Positions 26,201 through 39,156 of a DNA stretch of 64,000 nucleotides are shown here, piece after piece. The stretch lies in NCBI RefSeq assembly GCF_006345805.1, contig NC_043001.1, positions 32,674,001 to 32,738,000 of the forward strand, in the 5' to 3' direction. This DNA is from Octopus sinensis. Its lineage: Eukaryota. The position numbers were made by a program, and so were the translations under genes. A model generated the notes under the pieces. That model was not told the origin of the DNA and did not search any database. It worked only from the letters and a program-made list of their open reading frames with translations. How positions within the stretch are numbered: the stretch's first letter is position 1; the number at the start of each line of letters is the position of its first letter.

Positions 26201-27074
26201 AATATGTGTATACATATATCTATCTCTGTGTGTGTGTGTGTGTGTGTGTTATACGGCTGCATATCATTGCCGTTTCACCGATCCGATAGACATAACCGTC
26301 GGCCACATTAGCATTGATGAGATTATTGAGCAGACGAAAATCGGCCACATGTTATTAGGGCTAAGTTTCCAGTCCCACGAAAATTTTTCTCTCTCCGTTC
26401 CTTTCACGTGTGTTGGAAACACAGATGAACATCACAGACACTCAAAATAAGTCTTTAAAACCTGGCAAAGTGCATTGCGTTTATGTCTATACGAGTGCGA
26501 TTTAAAAAAAAAAATTAATATATGTTCTTTGTTTTGTGAATTATATGCTTGTTTATTTTTCATGTGTATGTATATGAGATTGTACGCAAACGAACATTTT
26601 TGATTTATTGTGAGCATTTTGTTATATATACATAAGGCAGGGCCACAATTGCTCTTGTACAAATAATAACGATCTTTATGAATAAGAGCAAGACCCGCTT
26701 GTTTATATTTACATAATGCGTCGTTGTATAATGGTAATTTGTGCAGCAGTTGCACCAAATAGCCACGTTTGACAGTCATTCTATTATCATATATCTATGC
26801 GCATGTGTTTGTGTGAGTAGGTGCATATGCTAGCATATACATATATATACACGCACACAAACGGGTATGCATACATAGAGACATGCATATATATACTGAT
26901 ATGTGTGTGAATACATACATCAAACGAGAAAAACGAGTTTGTTGGCAAGTGAAAAGAGAATATTGCTTCGTGCAGCTGTCAGCCCATTGTGAGAGAATAT
27001 CTTTGCAAGCGAACATGTGAAAAAGATAAATGTTACCTAATGGAGAGAAGGGCAGTTCGTTCAGTGAGTTTGTC

Positions 27075-27880
27075 ACGAGAAAGGTAAAAGCAAACAAGCT
27101 GACCTATTGCCGACACGATTTCTATAAGCAGTACGGTGTCTGTTGCAACTGTGTGGTAAAAAGCTTGTTTCCCAGCCACGCTCATTCGAGTTCAGTCCCA
27201 TTCTGTGGCACCCTGGGCAAGCATCTTCTACTATAGCCTCGCACCGACTAAAGCCTTGTGAGCAAAGCTGACCAAAGCCTTGTAAAAACAAATCGTGGCT
27301 GTGTGGTAAGAAGCTTTCTTCCCAACCATGTGGTTCCGGGTTCAGTTCCATTCTGTGGCACCTTGGGCAAGTGTCTTCTACTTTAGCTCCGCGCCGACCA
27401 GTCTTGTGACCAAAGCCGACCAAAGCCTTGTAAAAGCAAACACACTGACCGATTGCCGACACCATTTCTCTAAGCAGTACGGTGTCTGTCGTGGCTGTGT
27501 GTTAAGAAGCTTGCTTCCAAACCACGTGATTCCAGGTTCAGTCCCACTCTGTGACACCCTGGGCAAGTGTCTTCTACTACAGCGTCGCGCTGACCAAAGC
27601 CTTGTGAGTGGATTCGGTCCGTCGTATATATGTATATGTATATATCTATGTGTGTGTGAGCCTTTGTGATTGTGTTTGTCCTCCATTACTGCTTGACAAG
27701 CAGTGATAATGTGTTTACATCACTGCAACTTAGCGGTTCGGATAAACGAGACCGATAAAGTAAGTATTAGGCTTAAAAAATAAGTCCTGGGGTCGATTCA
27801 TTAAACTAAGACTCTTCAAGGGGGTACTCCAGCATGGCCGCAATCAAATGACCAAAGCAAATAAAAGAATAAATGAAAAT
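27075..27880 (+). mobile_element. Tandem SINE-A head units plus one tail
   Basis: Three ctgtgtgg...gggcaag...ccaaagccttgt units; 27285-27605 is duplicated at 29484-29804. Confidence 0.85.
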
Positions 27881-27994
27881 GTATTTGTATATATATACAC
27901 ATACACACATACACACACACACACATATATATTCTTTTATACACTTCAGCCTTAATGCTGTGGCCATGCTAGAACACAGCCAGGGTAATCACCG

Positions 27995-28375
27995 TTTCAA
28001 TCATCAATCTTATATATTTTTGCTTTTGGTGAAAGAGCGATTTCGATAGTGCTGCCCTCTTGTGAGTTTTCTGCTTTGATATAGGTTCATGCAGGACCTT
28101 GAATAGTAGGGGATCAAGTTGTTTCTTGAAATCATCTATCCCCACTCCCTGAAGATCCCCCAGATATTTTGGTATGACCTTAAATAGGTGTAGGTCCTTA
28201 AACTCCAGGTTATTGAAGTGTATGGTCCTCACTCTAAACACGATAACTGGAGCTTTTGGAAGAGTGCAGTGACGTACAGTTCGGGAGCTGGTATAACTCC
28301 CGATACCAAATTTTGGTACCAGTCTCGTCAGGGTCTTACATACATATATCACTTATACCCCTCCAGTCTTCGCTC
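27995..28375 (-). pseudogene. CR1-like LINE ORF2 3' fragment, degenerate
   Basis: LEFKDLHLFKVIPKYLGDLQGVGIDDFKKQLDPLLFKVLHEP...RAALSKSL resembles the CR1-group C-terminus (LFN.LP...F K..LD). Confidence 0.7.
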
Positions 28376-28457
28376 AAGGGAGAAGAATGGTAGCTCTTTC
28401 AGTTTTTCCCAGTAGTTTAGTTGTTCCATTGTTGCAATCTTCCAAGTGTAGCGTAAC

Positions 28458-28488
<31 letters not shown>

Positions 28489-28566
28489 AACCCCCACACA
28501 CACACTCACACTCACACACATATACGCATACACATACACACAGAGATATGGATATAGATATATGGA

Positions 28567-29296
28567 AGGCGGTGAGCTGGCAGAATCGTTTGCACGCTTG
28601 GTGAAATGCTTAGCGGTATTTCGTCTGTCTCTACGTTCTGAGTTCAAATTCCGCCGAGGTCGACTTTGCTTTTCATCCTTCCGGGGTCGATTAAATAAGT
28701 ACCAGTTACGCACTGGATCGATATAATCGACTTAATCCGTGTGTCTGTCCTTGTTTGTCTCCTCTGTGTTTAGTCCCTTGTGGGTAGTAAAGAAATTGGT
28801 ATTTCGTCTGCCGCTACGTTCTGAGTTCAGTTTCCACCGAGGTCGACTTTGCCTTTCATCCTTTCGGGGTCGATAAATTAAGTACCATTTACGCACTGGG
28901 GTCGATGTAATCGACGTAATCCCTTTGTCTGTCCTTGTTTATCCCCTCTATGTTTAACCCCTTGTGGGTAATAAAGAAATAAGAAACGTTAACACGCCAA
29001 GCGAAGTGCTGGACGGTATTTCGTCTGCATCTACGTTCTGAGTTCAAATTCCTCCGAGGTCGACTTTGCCTTTCATCCTTTCGGGGTCGATTAATTAAGT
29101 ACCAGTTACGCACTGGGGTCGATATAATCGATTTAATCCGTTTGTCTGTCCTTGTTTGTCCTCTCTGGGTTTAGCCCCTTGTGGGGAGTAAAGAAATAAG
29201 AAACGTTAGCACGCCGGGGGAATGTGCTGGGCGGTATTTCGTCTGCAGCTACGTTCTGAGTTCAATTCCGCCGAGGTCGACTTTGCCTGTCATCCT
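28567..29296 (+). mobile_element. SINE family B concatemer (4 units, last one partial)
   Basis: Junctions at ~28798, ~28981 and ~29198. Confidence 0.93.
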
Positions 29297-29483
29297 GGAC
29301 AAAAATTCCTTTGGAAACAATTCAAACTTTGTACGAGTCCATACCTCGTGGAATTCAAACTGTCATTACTGCCAAAGGCGTTCCTATTTCACATTCAAAT
29401 AAATTTGTTTGAAATTTTAAGATGTTTCCATTATTTTGTCCAACCCATGTATATATAGAAGACAAAGCGAATGTAATAATAGT

Positions 29484-29804
29484 AAAACAAATCGTGGCTG
29501 TGTGGTAAGAAGCTTTCTTCCCAACCATGTGGTTCCGGGTTCAGTTCCATTCTGTGGCACCTTGGGCAAGTGTCTTCTACTTTAGCCCCGCGCCGACCAG
29601 TCTTGTGACCAAAGCCGACCAAAGCCTTGTAAAAGCAAACACACTGACCGATTGCCGACACCATTTCTCTAAGCAGTACGGTGTCTGTCGTGGCTGTGTG
29701 TTAAGAAGCTTGCTTCCAAACCACGTGATTCCAGGTTCAGTCCCACTCTGTGGCACCCTGGGCAAGTGTCTTCTACTACAGCGTCGCGCCGACCAAAGCC
29801 TTGT
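29484..29804 (+). repeat. Near-identical duplicate of 27285-27605
   Basis: About 3 substitutions seen over ~320 bp. Confidence 0.9.
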
Positions 29805-30230
29805 ACGAGAAGTTGAAAATATATTTTATTATTATATTTCGAAACCTCTCTTGGGCATCCATACATTCTTGTATGTTTCTTATCGCATGGTTTTCAAGTG
29901 GGCAGATCACTTCCACAAAATGTACGCATACATATACACACACATGCACGCAGACACACACATACACACACACACACCTAGACATATATATCTGTGTGCA
30001 TGTTTTTGTGCGTGTGTGTTGGTGTGCGTGTGAAATGCATTCATATAAGATTCGTGCTCTAAGTGCTACGCTGAGAGAGGGGTGAAATAATATTTCTTTA
30101 CATACAAAGACACAATATACTTAAACCATTTGCCACGGTTGTTTAATATGTAGAATTAATATATCCAACTGTGTTACACCACTAAATTTAGTGGCTATTT
30201 AAGCAATATGTCCATGGATCGTTAATGAAT

Positions 30231-30276
30231 GTGATACTGAAGAAGGAGCAAGAATTCCTGAAATATGCATATACAC
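30231..30276 (+). ncRNA. Minimal hammerhead motif with canonical core
   Basis: GTG(a)TA-CTGAAGA-AGGA-gcaagaat-TCCT-GAAA-TATGCAT-A-TACAC; helix III region lies in the palindrome ATATGCATAT. Confidence 0.6.
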
Positions 30277-30922
30277 CAATTACATGTTTTACTATGTTCG
30301 CTCGCATTGTTTACATAGACGTATTCGTATACGAAACGTCTTAACCTTCAATGCTGGCTCTAATTTCAATAGAAAACCACTAGAGATAACTTTTAAAATG
30401 ACTTAAGGAAAGATATACACATAACCTAAATACTGTTTGAGAAGGAGGAAAGTGCAGAGAGAGAGAGAGAGAGAGAAAGAGAAGCACAAACAAAAGCGAC
30501 AGAATAAAATAGGAAAGGAAAGCGTACCAGTTGAGATCATCCTTTGTCCTAAATCAGTTATGATATAAGCAATGTCATGATACAGTGCTGATATAAAATA
30601 TAATACATATATACAATTTAAAGCTTCGGAACACCCATACTAATTGTTGTTTGTCTTGAAAAACGTGTTGTTCACAATTTTGCTATACACAGATTAACAA
30701 ACTAAGGTAATCAAGAGGTTTTTGCATATATTTGTTTTTTCCTGAAGTTTTAACTTTCCATAGGAAGCGCGCCAATAACTTTTGTTTGATCTTTAATGCG
30801 CCACACAATCAAAAAGATTAAAACCAGTGGCCTAAATTATCACTTTATTTTAATCTTATGCTACCTTTGTGCCAATGATAAACAAAAGTCGGTCAGATTC
30901 TGATCTTTAGAATTATTATTAA

Positions 30923-30974
<52 letters not shown>

Positions 30975-30978
30975 TATT

Positions 30979-31511
30979 GAGTGAGAGAGCAGTGCATGTC
31001 ATCAAAGTGACACAGGGGTAAAATATACGAAGCCCAGTATACCCATCATGACTACCCATCTGATAAGGGTACACCAGGCACATGCATCGCAACCAGATGT
31101 GCGCGACATGGTGATCTCATATCAAGATAAACAGCGCATGACCTTGCAGGTGGGGCTCAGTTAGAATTTTCTTCTTGTCGAGTAGCTCATCCCGCTCAAA
31201 AGGTCCCTGAATAAGGATTATTTAAGGATGTTGAACGAACCACCCATGTTTCCAAAGGGGAATTATCCAAACCTCTAAGAATTCCTTTCAACATACGGCT
31301 ATGATGCTCCCCAACTACTTCTGCTCATGATCAGAGATGTACATATCGTCAGTCACCAAGGGACATGGTCAACTGGTTAAGGTCAAACAACTGACAAGCA
31401 AATCTGTGGTATTGAGCAGAATATTTGCTGTAGCTCATCTTTTATACCAACACAAAACAGTATACATGTTAACACTTCCAATCAGTTAAGATCAGAAGCC
31501 ATGAGAGCCAC
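30979..31511 (-). mobile_element. (AAT)n-embedded element, family D
   Basis: Reverse complement of 4742-5296; (ATT)n on both sides. Confidence 0.88.
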
Positions 31512-31527
31512 GGTCATGAGAATACAG

Positions 31528-31583
<56 letters not shown>

Positions 31584-32241
31584 TTATTCATCTTTGCAAC
31601 AGCTAAAACCTGTCATTTTGGGCGCCATGATATATTTTTTTCTCTTTGAAGTTTTACTGTTTTCCATATTATTCAGTGGATTAGATGAAAACTATAGATT
31701 ATTAGCGGCTAAACTTGAATATTAATACACGTTAATTTTACTGGAATTTTAATTACATTCATTGCACCAAAAATATTCTCTTTTTTTCTTCTTCTTTTTA
31801 TTTACTCGTAACCGACGTTATTTCGTTCGGTAAATTATGGCTGAGTATTCCTAATTATATATTTTCGTATAAATAACTATTTTTTTGTTTACTAAGCTAA
31901 TTACATGTTATATGCACATGGTTAGTTTTTGCTGCTTTTGGTGTTAGTAAAATTTAGATTTTATTACAGTTATCTAAATCTCGTCATCACTCCAAATTTT
32001 GTCATAAAACAAGATGGGCTAGAAACAATTGCATAAGCAAGGTATTTTAATAAGAAAAAAATAAAGCAATGACGTCAGCAGCAACGGTAACAACCTCTTC
32101 AGTTTAACCTTGAAAACACCCAGCAGACAGACACTAGAATGCTTAACCATTGTTATACTATTGTCGTGAGGGAACTATCGTCTGAATTTATTCATAACAC
32201 TTACAAAATTTCCTAGCGATAGCAGCAGTACCAATAACCTC

Positions 32242-32626
32242 GTGGAGGCGCAATGGCCCAGTGGTTAGGGCAGCGGACTCGCGGTCATAGGATCGCGGTT
32301 TCGATTCCCAGACCGGGCGTTGTGAGTGTTTATTGAGCGAAAACACCTAAAGCTCCACGAGGCTCCGGCAGGGGATGGTGGTGATCCCTGCTGTACTCTT
32401 TCACCACAACTTTCTCTCACTCTTACTTCCTGTTTCTGTTGTACCTGTATTTCAAAGGGCCGGCCTTGTCACTCTCTGTGTCACGCTGAATATCCCCGAG
32501 AACTACGTTAAGGGTACACGTGTCTGTGGAGTGCTCAGCCACTTACACGTTAATTTCACGAGCATGCTGTTCCGTTGATTCAGATCAACCGGAACCCTCG
32601 TCGTCGTAACCGACGGAGTGCTTCCA
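32242..32626 (+). mobile_element. SINE family C (Arg-tRNA-like head), full length
   Basis: TGGAGGCGCAATGGCCCAGTGGTTAGGGCAGCGGACTCGCGG...GGTTTCGATTCCC; near-identical to 33947. Confidence 0.93.
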
Positions 32627-33946
32627 TCCACTAATGACCTCATTAGTACAGAACATTACGCTTGGACGCACATCGCCAAAGTGCAGAAGACCTACTGACT
32701 TTTCTTCGTTGAGTTTTTTTCTACTGTCACCTTGTTGTAGTCCCTTTAGAGCAATACTGGTCACCTTGAATATGCCTGGTATCTAGCACAATGACGTATT
32801 CTGACTCGGTCCTTCCACGTATTAGTTATGCTAGATGCTCTTCATCGCTTCTAGTTTCCGCAATAGTGTCTTTAGAGTCAGTATATACAGAAGATTCGAG
32901 AGGGGACAACTTTGACGGACAGAGCACATATTACTGTATGGTTCCAACAGGGGAAAATTTACCCTCACTACTGAGCAGATATTGCTATATATTGTGGCTA
33001 TCCAACAGTAGAAGGCGGGAGCAAAGCTAGTTGCCATGAGAACAGCTACTAGATAATAGTGATCGACCCTTTCAAAAGCTTTTGACCGATCTAAGTAGAT
33101 CAGGGCTCATCCAAGTCCGGTTTTTCATGTATCGCATGAGGTGGGGTTTGTGTGTGAATTTGTTCAGAATGGCGTATATTTGCGCATCACCATCTAAAAC
33201 TATAAGCACCAATATCTTTATTAACACCTAATCCAACATTTAAAAATCTGCATTTAGCAGAGTTATGGGCCGAAAATTTTCTATTTGATCCTCCTTGTTT
33301 GGGTCTTTTCTCAGCAACACCACTACTCCTCCATTCACATAATTTGGAATTCTATTTTGCAACCATTGTGGTATATATTTGCTAAGAGGTCTCCAAGCAA
33401 GCCTGGCATGAAAAATAAGCTTGTAGAACAGACCATTCAAACCAGGAGATTTGTACCCCGTATATCCAACAACCACTATTCATATTATCGGTTGTTACCG
33501 GGTTTTCGTAACACTCTGCTTCTAATGCCGAGATTTGTTGCAAGCTGTCGAGGTACGCATTGAAATCTGAAATCTCCTGAACTTTTCTGAAGTCTTCTGC
33601 TCTTGTAGGAATATTTATTTTATTTTAAGGTGCTGCACGTGTTGCAATGCTTGAATGATTTTTCTGAGGTGGAATGTTATTCGTTAATGTGAGATAGTAA
33701 TTGTGTGTGATGAGTATATTTTGATGTATGTGTTAGTTTGCAATTATTTGTGTTTAAGGTTGTGTAGTTAATGAAGTTGTTTTTGTCCCTGTTGAGGGAT
33801 GCGTTCTGACTGTTGGTATGCGCATGAGTTTGTTTATACTTCTGCTTATTACGAGGGTGCCTGTGATAGTTTTTTTGGTAGTGTTGGCGATGGAGATGGT
33901 GTTGATGAAGATGATGGTATTGATAGGACTAGTATAGCTGTTTCTG

Positions 33947-34328
33947 TGGAGGCGCAATGGCCCAGTGGTTAGGGCAGCGGATTCGCGGTCGTAGGATCGC
34001 GGTTTCGATTCCCAGACCGGGCGTTGTGAGTGTTTATTGAGCGAAAACACCTAAAAGCTCCACGAGGCTCCGGCAGGGATGGTGGTGATCCCTGCTGTAC
34101 TCTTTCACCACAACTTTCTCTCACTCTTACTTCCTGTTTCTGTTGTACCTGTATTTCAAAGGGCCGGCCTTGTCACTCTCTGTGTCACGCTGAATATCCC
34201 CGAGAACTACGTTAAGGGTGCACGTGTCTGTGGAGTGCTCAGCCACTTACACGTTAATTTCACGAGCAGGCTGTTCCGTTGATCGGATCAACCGGAACCC
34301 TCGTCGTCGTAACCGACGGAGTGCTTCC
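33947..34328 (+). mobile_element. SINE family C, full length
   Basis: TSD tatagctgtttct at 33933-33945 and 34329-34341. Confidence 0.95.
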
Positions 34329-34623
34329 TATAGCTGTTTCTACATGGTTACTTAAAAGCACCCCCAACATTTCTTCGTATCGTCTAATTTTTTTCTTCTT
34401 TTGATGGAAAAATTTGGTTTCTTTTTACTCCATTTGTTGCTGTCTGGCGTCTCGTGTCCTCCCTGTCTCTGTCTTCACACGACATTCCTGTATGGTGAGA
34501 GTTGGGAAGGATGTATGTCTTGCCGGGTGCTTTTGAATATTGTTCTGTAGTTGACATATTTTTTGTATGCTTGTGGTGTATTTTCTGTTGATTTAAAACA
34601 GTCGATTTTCACAGTTTTCACAT

Positions 34624-34771
34624 AGGCGTAGGAGTGGCTGTGTGGTAAGTAGCTTGCTTACGGACCACATGGTTCTGGGTTCAGTCCCACTGCGTGGCAC
34701 CTTGAGCAAGTGTCTTCTACTTGTGAGTAGATTTGGTAGACGGAAACTGAAAGAAGCTCGTCATATATCTA

Positions 34772-34802
<31 letters not shown>

Positions 34803-35000
34803 ATGTGTGTGTGTATGTTTGTATGTTAGTGTTTGACAACCGATGGTGGTGTGTTTACGTCCCCGTAACTTAGCTGTTCGGCAAAAGATACCGATAGAGT
34901 AAGTACTAGGCTTACAAAGAATGTCCTGGGGTCGATTTGCTCGACTAAAGGCGGTACTCCAGCATGGCCGCAATCAAAATGACTGAAACAAATAAAAGAG
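34624..35000 (+). mobile_element. SINE family A with internal deletions
   Basis: Head and tail match family A. Confidence 0.9.
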
Positions 35001-36471
35001 TTGTTGGTGGTGGTGGTGGTAATGATGATGGTGGTGGTTTGGTGGTAATGGTGCTGCTTCTATCTGGTACTACACTCGGTGCTGCTGCTGTTACTGCACG
35101 TCAACTATTTTTTATTTTTACTTCTCAAAGGCCTAGGTAGATTTGGAGAGGACCAGTTCCTAAGAATTGCTATGGAGTACTTCCTCGCCTCGTCCACTGT
35201 AGAGACTCTCACCTGTATTGTGCCAAACTTTTGCCCTTGCCGACGTATGTTTTGATGCTCCGGATTGGTCCCAGGCACTTTGCAATCTGCTATCGTGCCA
35301 CTTGCTCTATTTTCCTGCTTTTTTGGGTTTTTCTTCTTTTTTTTTTCTTTCTAACTAACTTTTTTGTATTTCGCAGTTTTGCTACTGGTTTGTTGCCAGA
35401 CAGATTCCGGAATGTTGAGTGCAACATTTCGCCCAGACCTTGTAAAAAGATTTTACCCATTTTCAAATTCTTCCAACGCTAAACTAATTTCTTCTATTTG
35501 TCGAACCCGCCAACGCTAGATTGGTAGTTGAAGTGTTTTCATTGTACTTACCTGCGTTAATGATGTTGGTGACAGAACCAGAAGAATGTGCAGGTGCGTT
35601 GAAAGGAGAGTTCTTTTTTTGTTTTTCTGTTCTATATTTTTTTCTTGTTTGTTTTCATTTCTCCTGTTGTTGCTTTTGATCTTTTCATTTACCCTGATGT
35701 CATTGCTGTTACTGCAGCTGTTGTTGTTGTCATTGTTGTTGTTGTTGTTGTTCTCTCGGCCGACATTGGTGGAAGTACTGGTGGGAGATACGTTGGCGCT
35801 TTAGCTCTTATAATATTTTGTCTCACTCCCTTAAAAATATGCAAAAACATTTGCCGATATGTGTTTACTTGTTTATTTTTCGTAAACGGCTAAATGGTAC
35901 AAAACATAAACATAAATTACCCACCGAAAGGGCAAAAAACCCCTCGTTAGGCGCTTCGTTGCAGAGTCGAGTGAAGGAGAAGTAGAAGAAACGCCGCCTC
36001 CTACTGCGCATCACTGCGTCGTTGTTCCATACGAGAGAAGCTCCGTTGAAATAAGCGCTCGCCGCGAAATGACGACCGTGGACCGACCCGTCCTCCACCA
36101 TTCGCAATAACTGGAAGCCGCAGCTGCCGAGAGAGTCGGACTTACTCCCGCCAACCGACCGGCCGCACTCGTGCTCGATATCGCTGCCGACGACCGAGAA
36201 CTCGCCGCTTCGACCGTCCACTACGTGCCTCGTCGATAACACACGGACACACACACAGACAAAAACCCTAACCAAATCAACCAGCCTCATATGATACTGG
36301 TTGGCTCATTACCATGATGGTGTAACAAAAATCAAGGTAAGTCTGTCCGCAACAACAAAATTCAACAATAACCATGAGCTCTAAATGGTCGTCAGTCCCT
36401 TGCAAATACAATAACAAAACGTCAACAACAATGATAGTACTGAATTTTGGCACTAAGTCAGTAATTTTAGG

Positions 36472-36772
36472 TGGAGGCACATGGCCTAGTGGTTAGAGCA
36501 GCGGACTCGCGGTCGAGGGATCGCGGGTTCGAATCTCAGACCGGGCGATGTGTGTGTTTATAAGCGAAACACCTAAGCTCCACGCGGCTCCGGCAGAAGG
36601 TAATGGCGAACTTCTGCTGACTCTTTCGCCACAGCATTCTTTCACTCTTTCCTCCTGCATCTTGCAGCTCACCTTCGACGGACCGGCGCCCCGTCGAGGT
36701 GGGGAACCTATACGCCAAAGAAACCGGGAAACCGGTCCTTATGAACCAGGCATGGCTCGGGAAGGATCAAAC
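36472..36772 (+). mobile_element. SINE with a family-C-type head and a different tail
   Basis: C-like head and body, then aaagaaaccgggaaaccggtccttatgaaccaggcatggctc. Confidence 0.85.
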
Positions 36773-37190
36773 AGCAATTTTAGAGAGAGATTTAATTCGA
36801 ATACATTGATCCCCGTATTCTATGAGTGCTTCAATTGACCTTGGTGTTATTTGATCTCAGAATGCTCGAGAAGGATCAAACAGCAATTTTAGAGAGAGAT
36901 TTAATTCGAATACATTGATCCCCGTATTCTATGAGTGCTTCAATTGACCTTGGTGTTATTTGATCTCAGAATGCTCGAGAAGGATCAAACAGCAATTTTA
37001 GAGAGAGATTTAATTCGAATACATTGATCCCCGTGTTCTATGAGTGCTTCAATTGACCTTGGTGTTATTTGATCTCAGAATGCTCGAGAAGGATCAAACA
37101 GCAATTTTAGAGAGAGATTTAATTCGAATACATTGATCCCCGTGTTCTATGAGTGCTTCAATTGACCTTGGTGTTATTTGATCTCAGAAT
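36755..37190. repeat. Tandem repeat, 4 x 109 bp
   Basis: Unit starts at 36755, 36864, 36973 and 37082; near-identical units. Confidence 0.97.
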
Positions 37191-37289
37191 GTAAAGAGTC
37201 GGAAGAAATGCTACTAAGCAGTTTGTCCCACATTCTAAGGATTCTGCCAGCTCGCCTTTTGGATTAATAGCTCTGTTCAAAGCACACGC

Positions 37290-37562
37290 CTGTAGACAGG
37301 GGAACACCAGTTGAGAGAGGGTTCGTGCTTTCGTTGATAACCAGGGAAATTTTGGGTATGTGGGATTCTTTGATAGGCCCTATTTAGAGTTTCTCCTGTA
37401 TCAGGAGGAATGCAAAATTCTTGTTCTTACATACTTTACACGCGTTTCGCCGCCCTTTCTGTCTTTTTCTTTTCGTCTTTTATGCAAGCCCCCACAGAAA
37501 TTGCTGACTTTCCTTGTGATGTCACCCTCATATATGCCCTTGTGGCTAATAAAAGAAATCAT
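37290..37562 (+). mobile_element. Tx1/L1-like LINE 3' UTR fragment
   Basis: Similar to 11250-11500; ends gcccttgtggctaataaaagaaat. Confidence 0.55.
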
Positions 37563-37605
37563 TCTTCACCACCACCACCAACAACGACAACGACGATTGT
37601 GATAA

Positions 37606-37652
<47 letters not shown>

Positions 37653-37653
<1 letters not shown>

Positions 37654-38188
37654 GTCCTGATGCAGTACCAGGCAGTGGTTCTCAGGGCTTCTGATCTTAA
37701 CTGATTGGAAGTGTTATCAGGTATAAAAGACGGGCTACAGCAAATATTCTGCTCAATACCACAGATTTGCTTGTCAATTGTTTGACCTAACCAGTTGAGC
37801 ATGTCCCTTAGTGGCTGACGATATGTGCATCTCTGATCACGAGCAGAAGTAGTGGGGGAGTATCATAGCCATGTGTTGAGAGGGATTCTTTGGGGTTTGA
37901 ATAATTCACCTCTGGAAACATGGGTGTTTCGTTCAACATCCTTAAACAACCCTTACTCAGGAACCTTTTGACCAGGATGGGTTACTCGACCAGAAGAAAA
38001 TTCTAACTGGGCCCCACCTACAAGGTTATGTGCTATTTATCTTGTTATGAGATCATCATGTCGCGCACATATGGTTGTGATGCATGTGCCTGGTCTACCC
38101 TTATCAGACGGGTAGTCATGATGGGTATACTGGGCTTCGTATATTTTACCCCTGTGTCACTTTGATGGCATGCACTGCTCTCTCACTC
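37653..38188 (+). mobile_element. (AAT)n-embedded element, family D
   Basis: Matches 4742-5296; (AAT)n on both sides. Confidence 0.9.
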
Positions 38189-38246
<58 letters not shown>

Positions 38247-38247
<1 letters not shown>

Positions 38248-38593
38248 GATCAGAAGCTCTCACGGCTTCCGACCTTAATTGATTGGAAGTGTATCATGTA
38301 CATGTTTTGTTTTGATATAAAAGATGGGCTACAGCTAATATTCTGCTCAATACCACAGATTTGCTTGTCAATTGTTTGACCTTAACCAGTTGAGCATGTC
38401 TCTTGGCGGCCGACGATATGTGCATCTCTGATCACGCACAGAAATAGTGGGGGAGCATCATAGCCGCGTGTTGAGAGAAATTCTTTAGGGTTTGAATAAT
38501 ACACCTCTGGAAACATTTCTGTTACTGTCATCATCCTTAAACAAGTCTTTTCCAGGTACCTTTTGGGCGGGAACGGTTACCTGAAGAAAATTC
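38247..38593 (+). mobile_element. Family D partial copy ending at the mariner
   Basis: 5' part of D with a short 5' inversion (gatcagaagc). Confidence 0.85.
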
Positions 38594-38595
38594 TA

Positions 38596-39156
38596 AATAG
38601 TCTCCGGAAAGTTCGTGCTGATTTTTAAAGGAAAGAAAAAGGTCAATAAATACCCAAGCTTTACAAGGTGCTCATGAACAACGGATTTTGATAGGTTGAG
38701 GCTTTCTGCCAATTCTCGGGTTGTGCAATGTGGGTTATTCTCAATTAATGACTTGATTTGATCATCATCTGTAGTGGATGCCTGATCGCTCTTTATCAAT
38801 AAGGCTACAATCTCCAGCTCGGAACCTTGCGAACCACTTCAGTACATTTCTTTCGGATAGAGAAACATCATCGTAAACTGCACATATTTCTTTAGTTGCT
38901 TGTGAGGCATTTTTTCCTTTACGGAAAAAGAAAAGCATCAAGTGCTGAAAATGAACTTTCTTATCTTGCATTTAAAAGAGTTGCAGAATTAACACAGGTT
39001 ATAGGAACATAAACCTTCTTCCACGAAAAGATAGCTTAAACTGTGCTCTAAATGGAGGTGTAGTCAAATACTATTTTATGGACTCAAACATGTTCTAAAA
39101 TAAGTCGAGAGGTAAGCTATTATAAATCGGCACGAACTTTCCGGACAGCCCAATAT
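38596..39156 (-). mobile_element. Internally deleted mariner with both TIRs (non-autonomous)
   Basis: TIRs tccggaaagttcgtgctgattt and aaatcggcacgaactttccgga; frameshifted HTH ORFs 38765-38971 and 38593-38799; no DD34D domain. Confidence 0.92.

Larger units (their letters stand above)
32650..36300 (-). pseudogene. Decayed Tx1/L1-like LINE: RT fragments at 32650-33560, probable ORF1/5' region to ~36300, interrupted by SINEs
   Basis: KSPGLNGLFYK...GVVVLLRKDPNKEDQIENFRPITLLNADF and ALIYLDRSKAFERVDH are RT motifs; the ORF1/5' assignment is weaker. Confidence 0.7.

Noticed and set aside
26264-26351. Minus-strand signal-peptide-like mini ORF MWPIFVCSIISSMLMWPTVMSIGSVKRQ
   Set aside because: Only 28 codons, weak donor, no further support.
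32242-32320. tRNA gene (also the heads at 313, 11717, 33947, 36472, 41776)
   Set aside because: A/B boxes continue into SINE bodies, several bounded by TSDs; no clean cloverleaf or terminator.
35930-36280. CpG-rich island as a host promoter or exon
   Set aside because: Lies at the expected 5' end of the minus-strand Tx1-like relic; tentatively treated as part of the element.
36755-37190. CRISPR-like array
   Set aside because: Units are contiguous and near-identical with no unique spacers; no cas genes; eukaryotic context.
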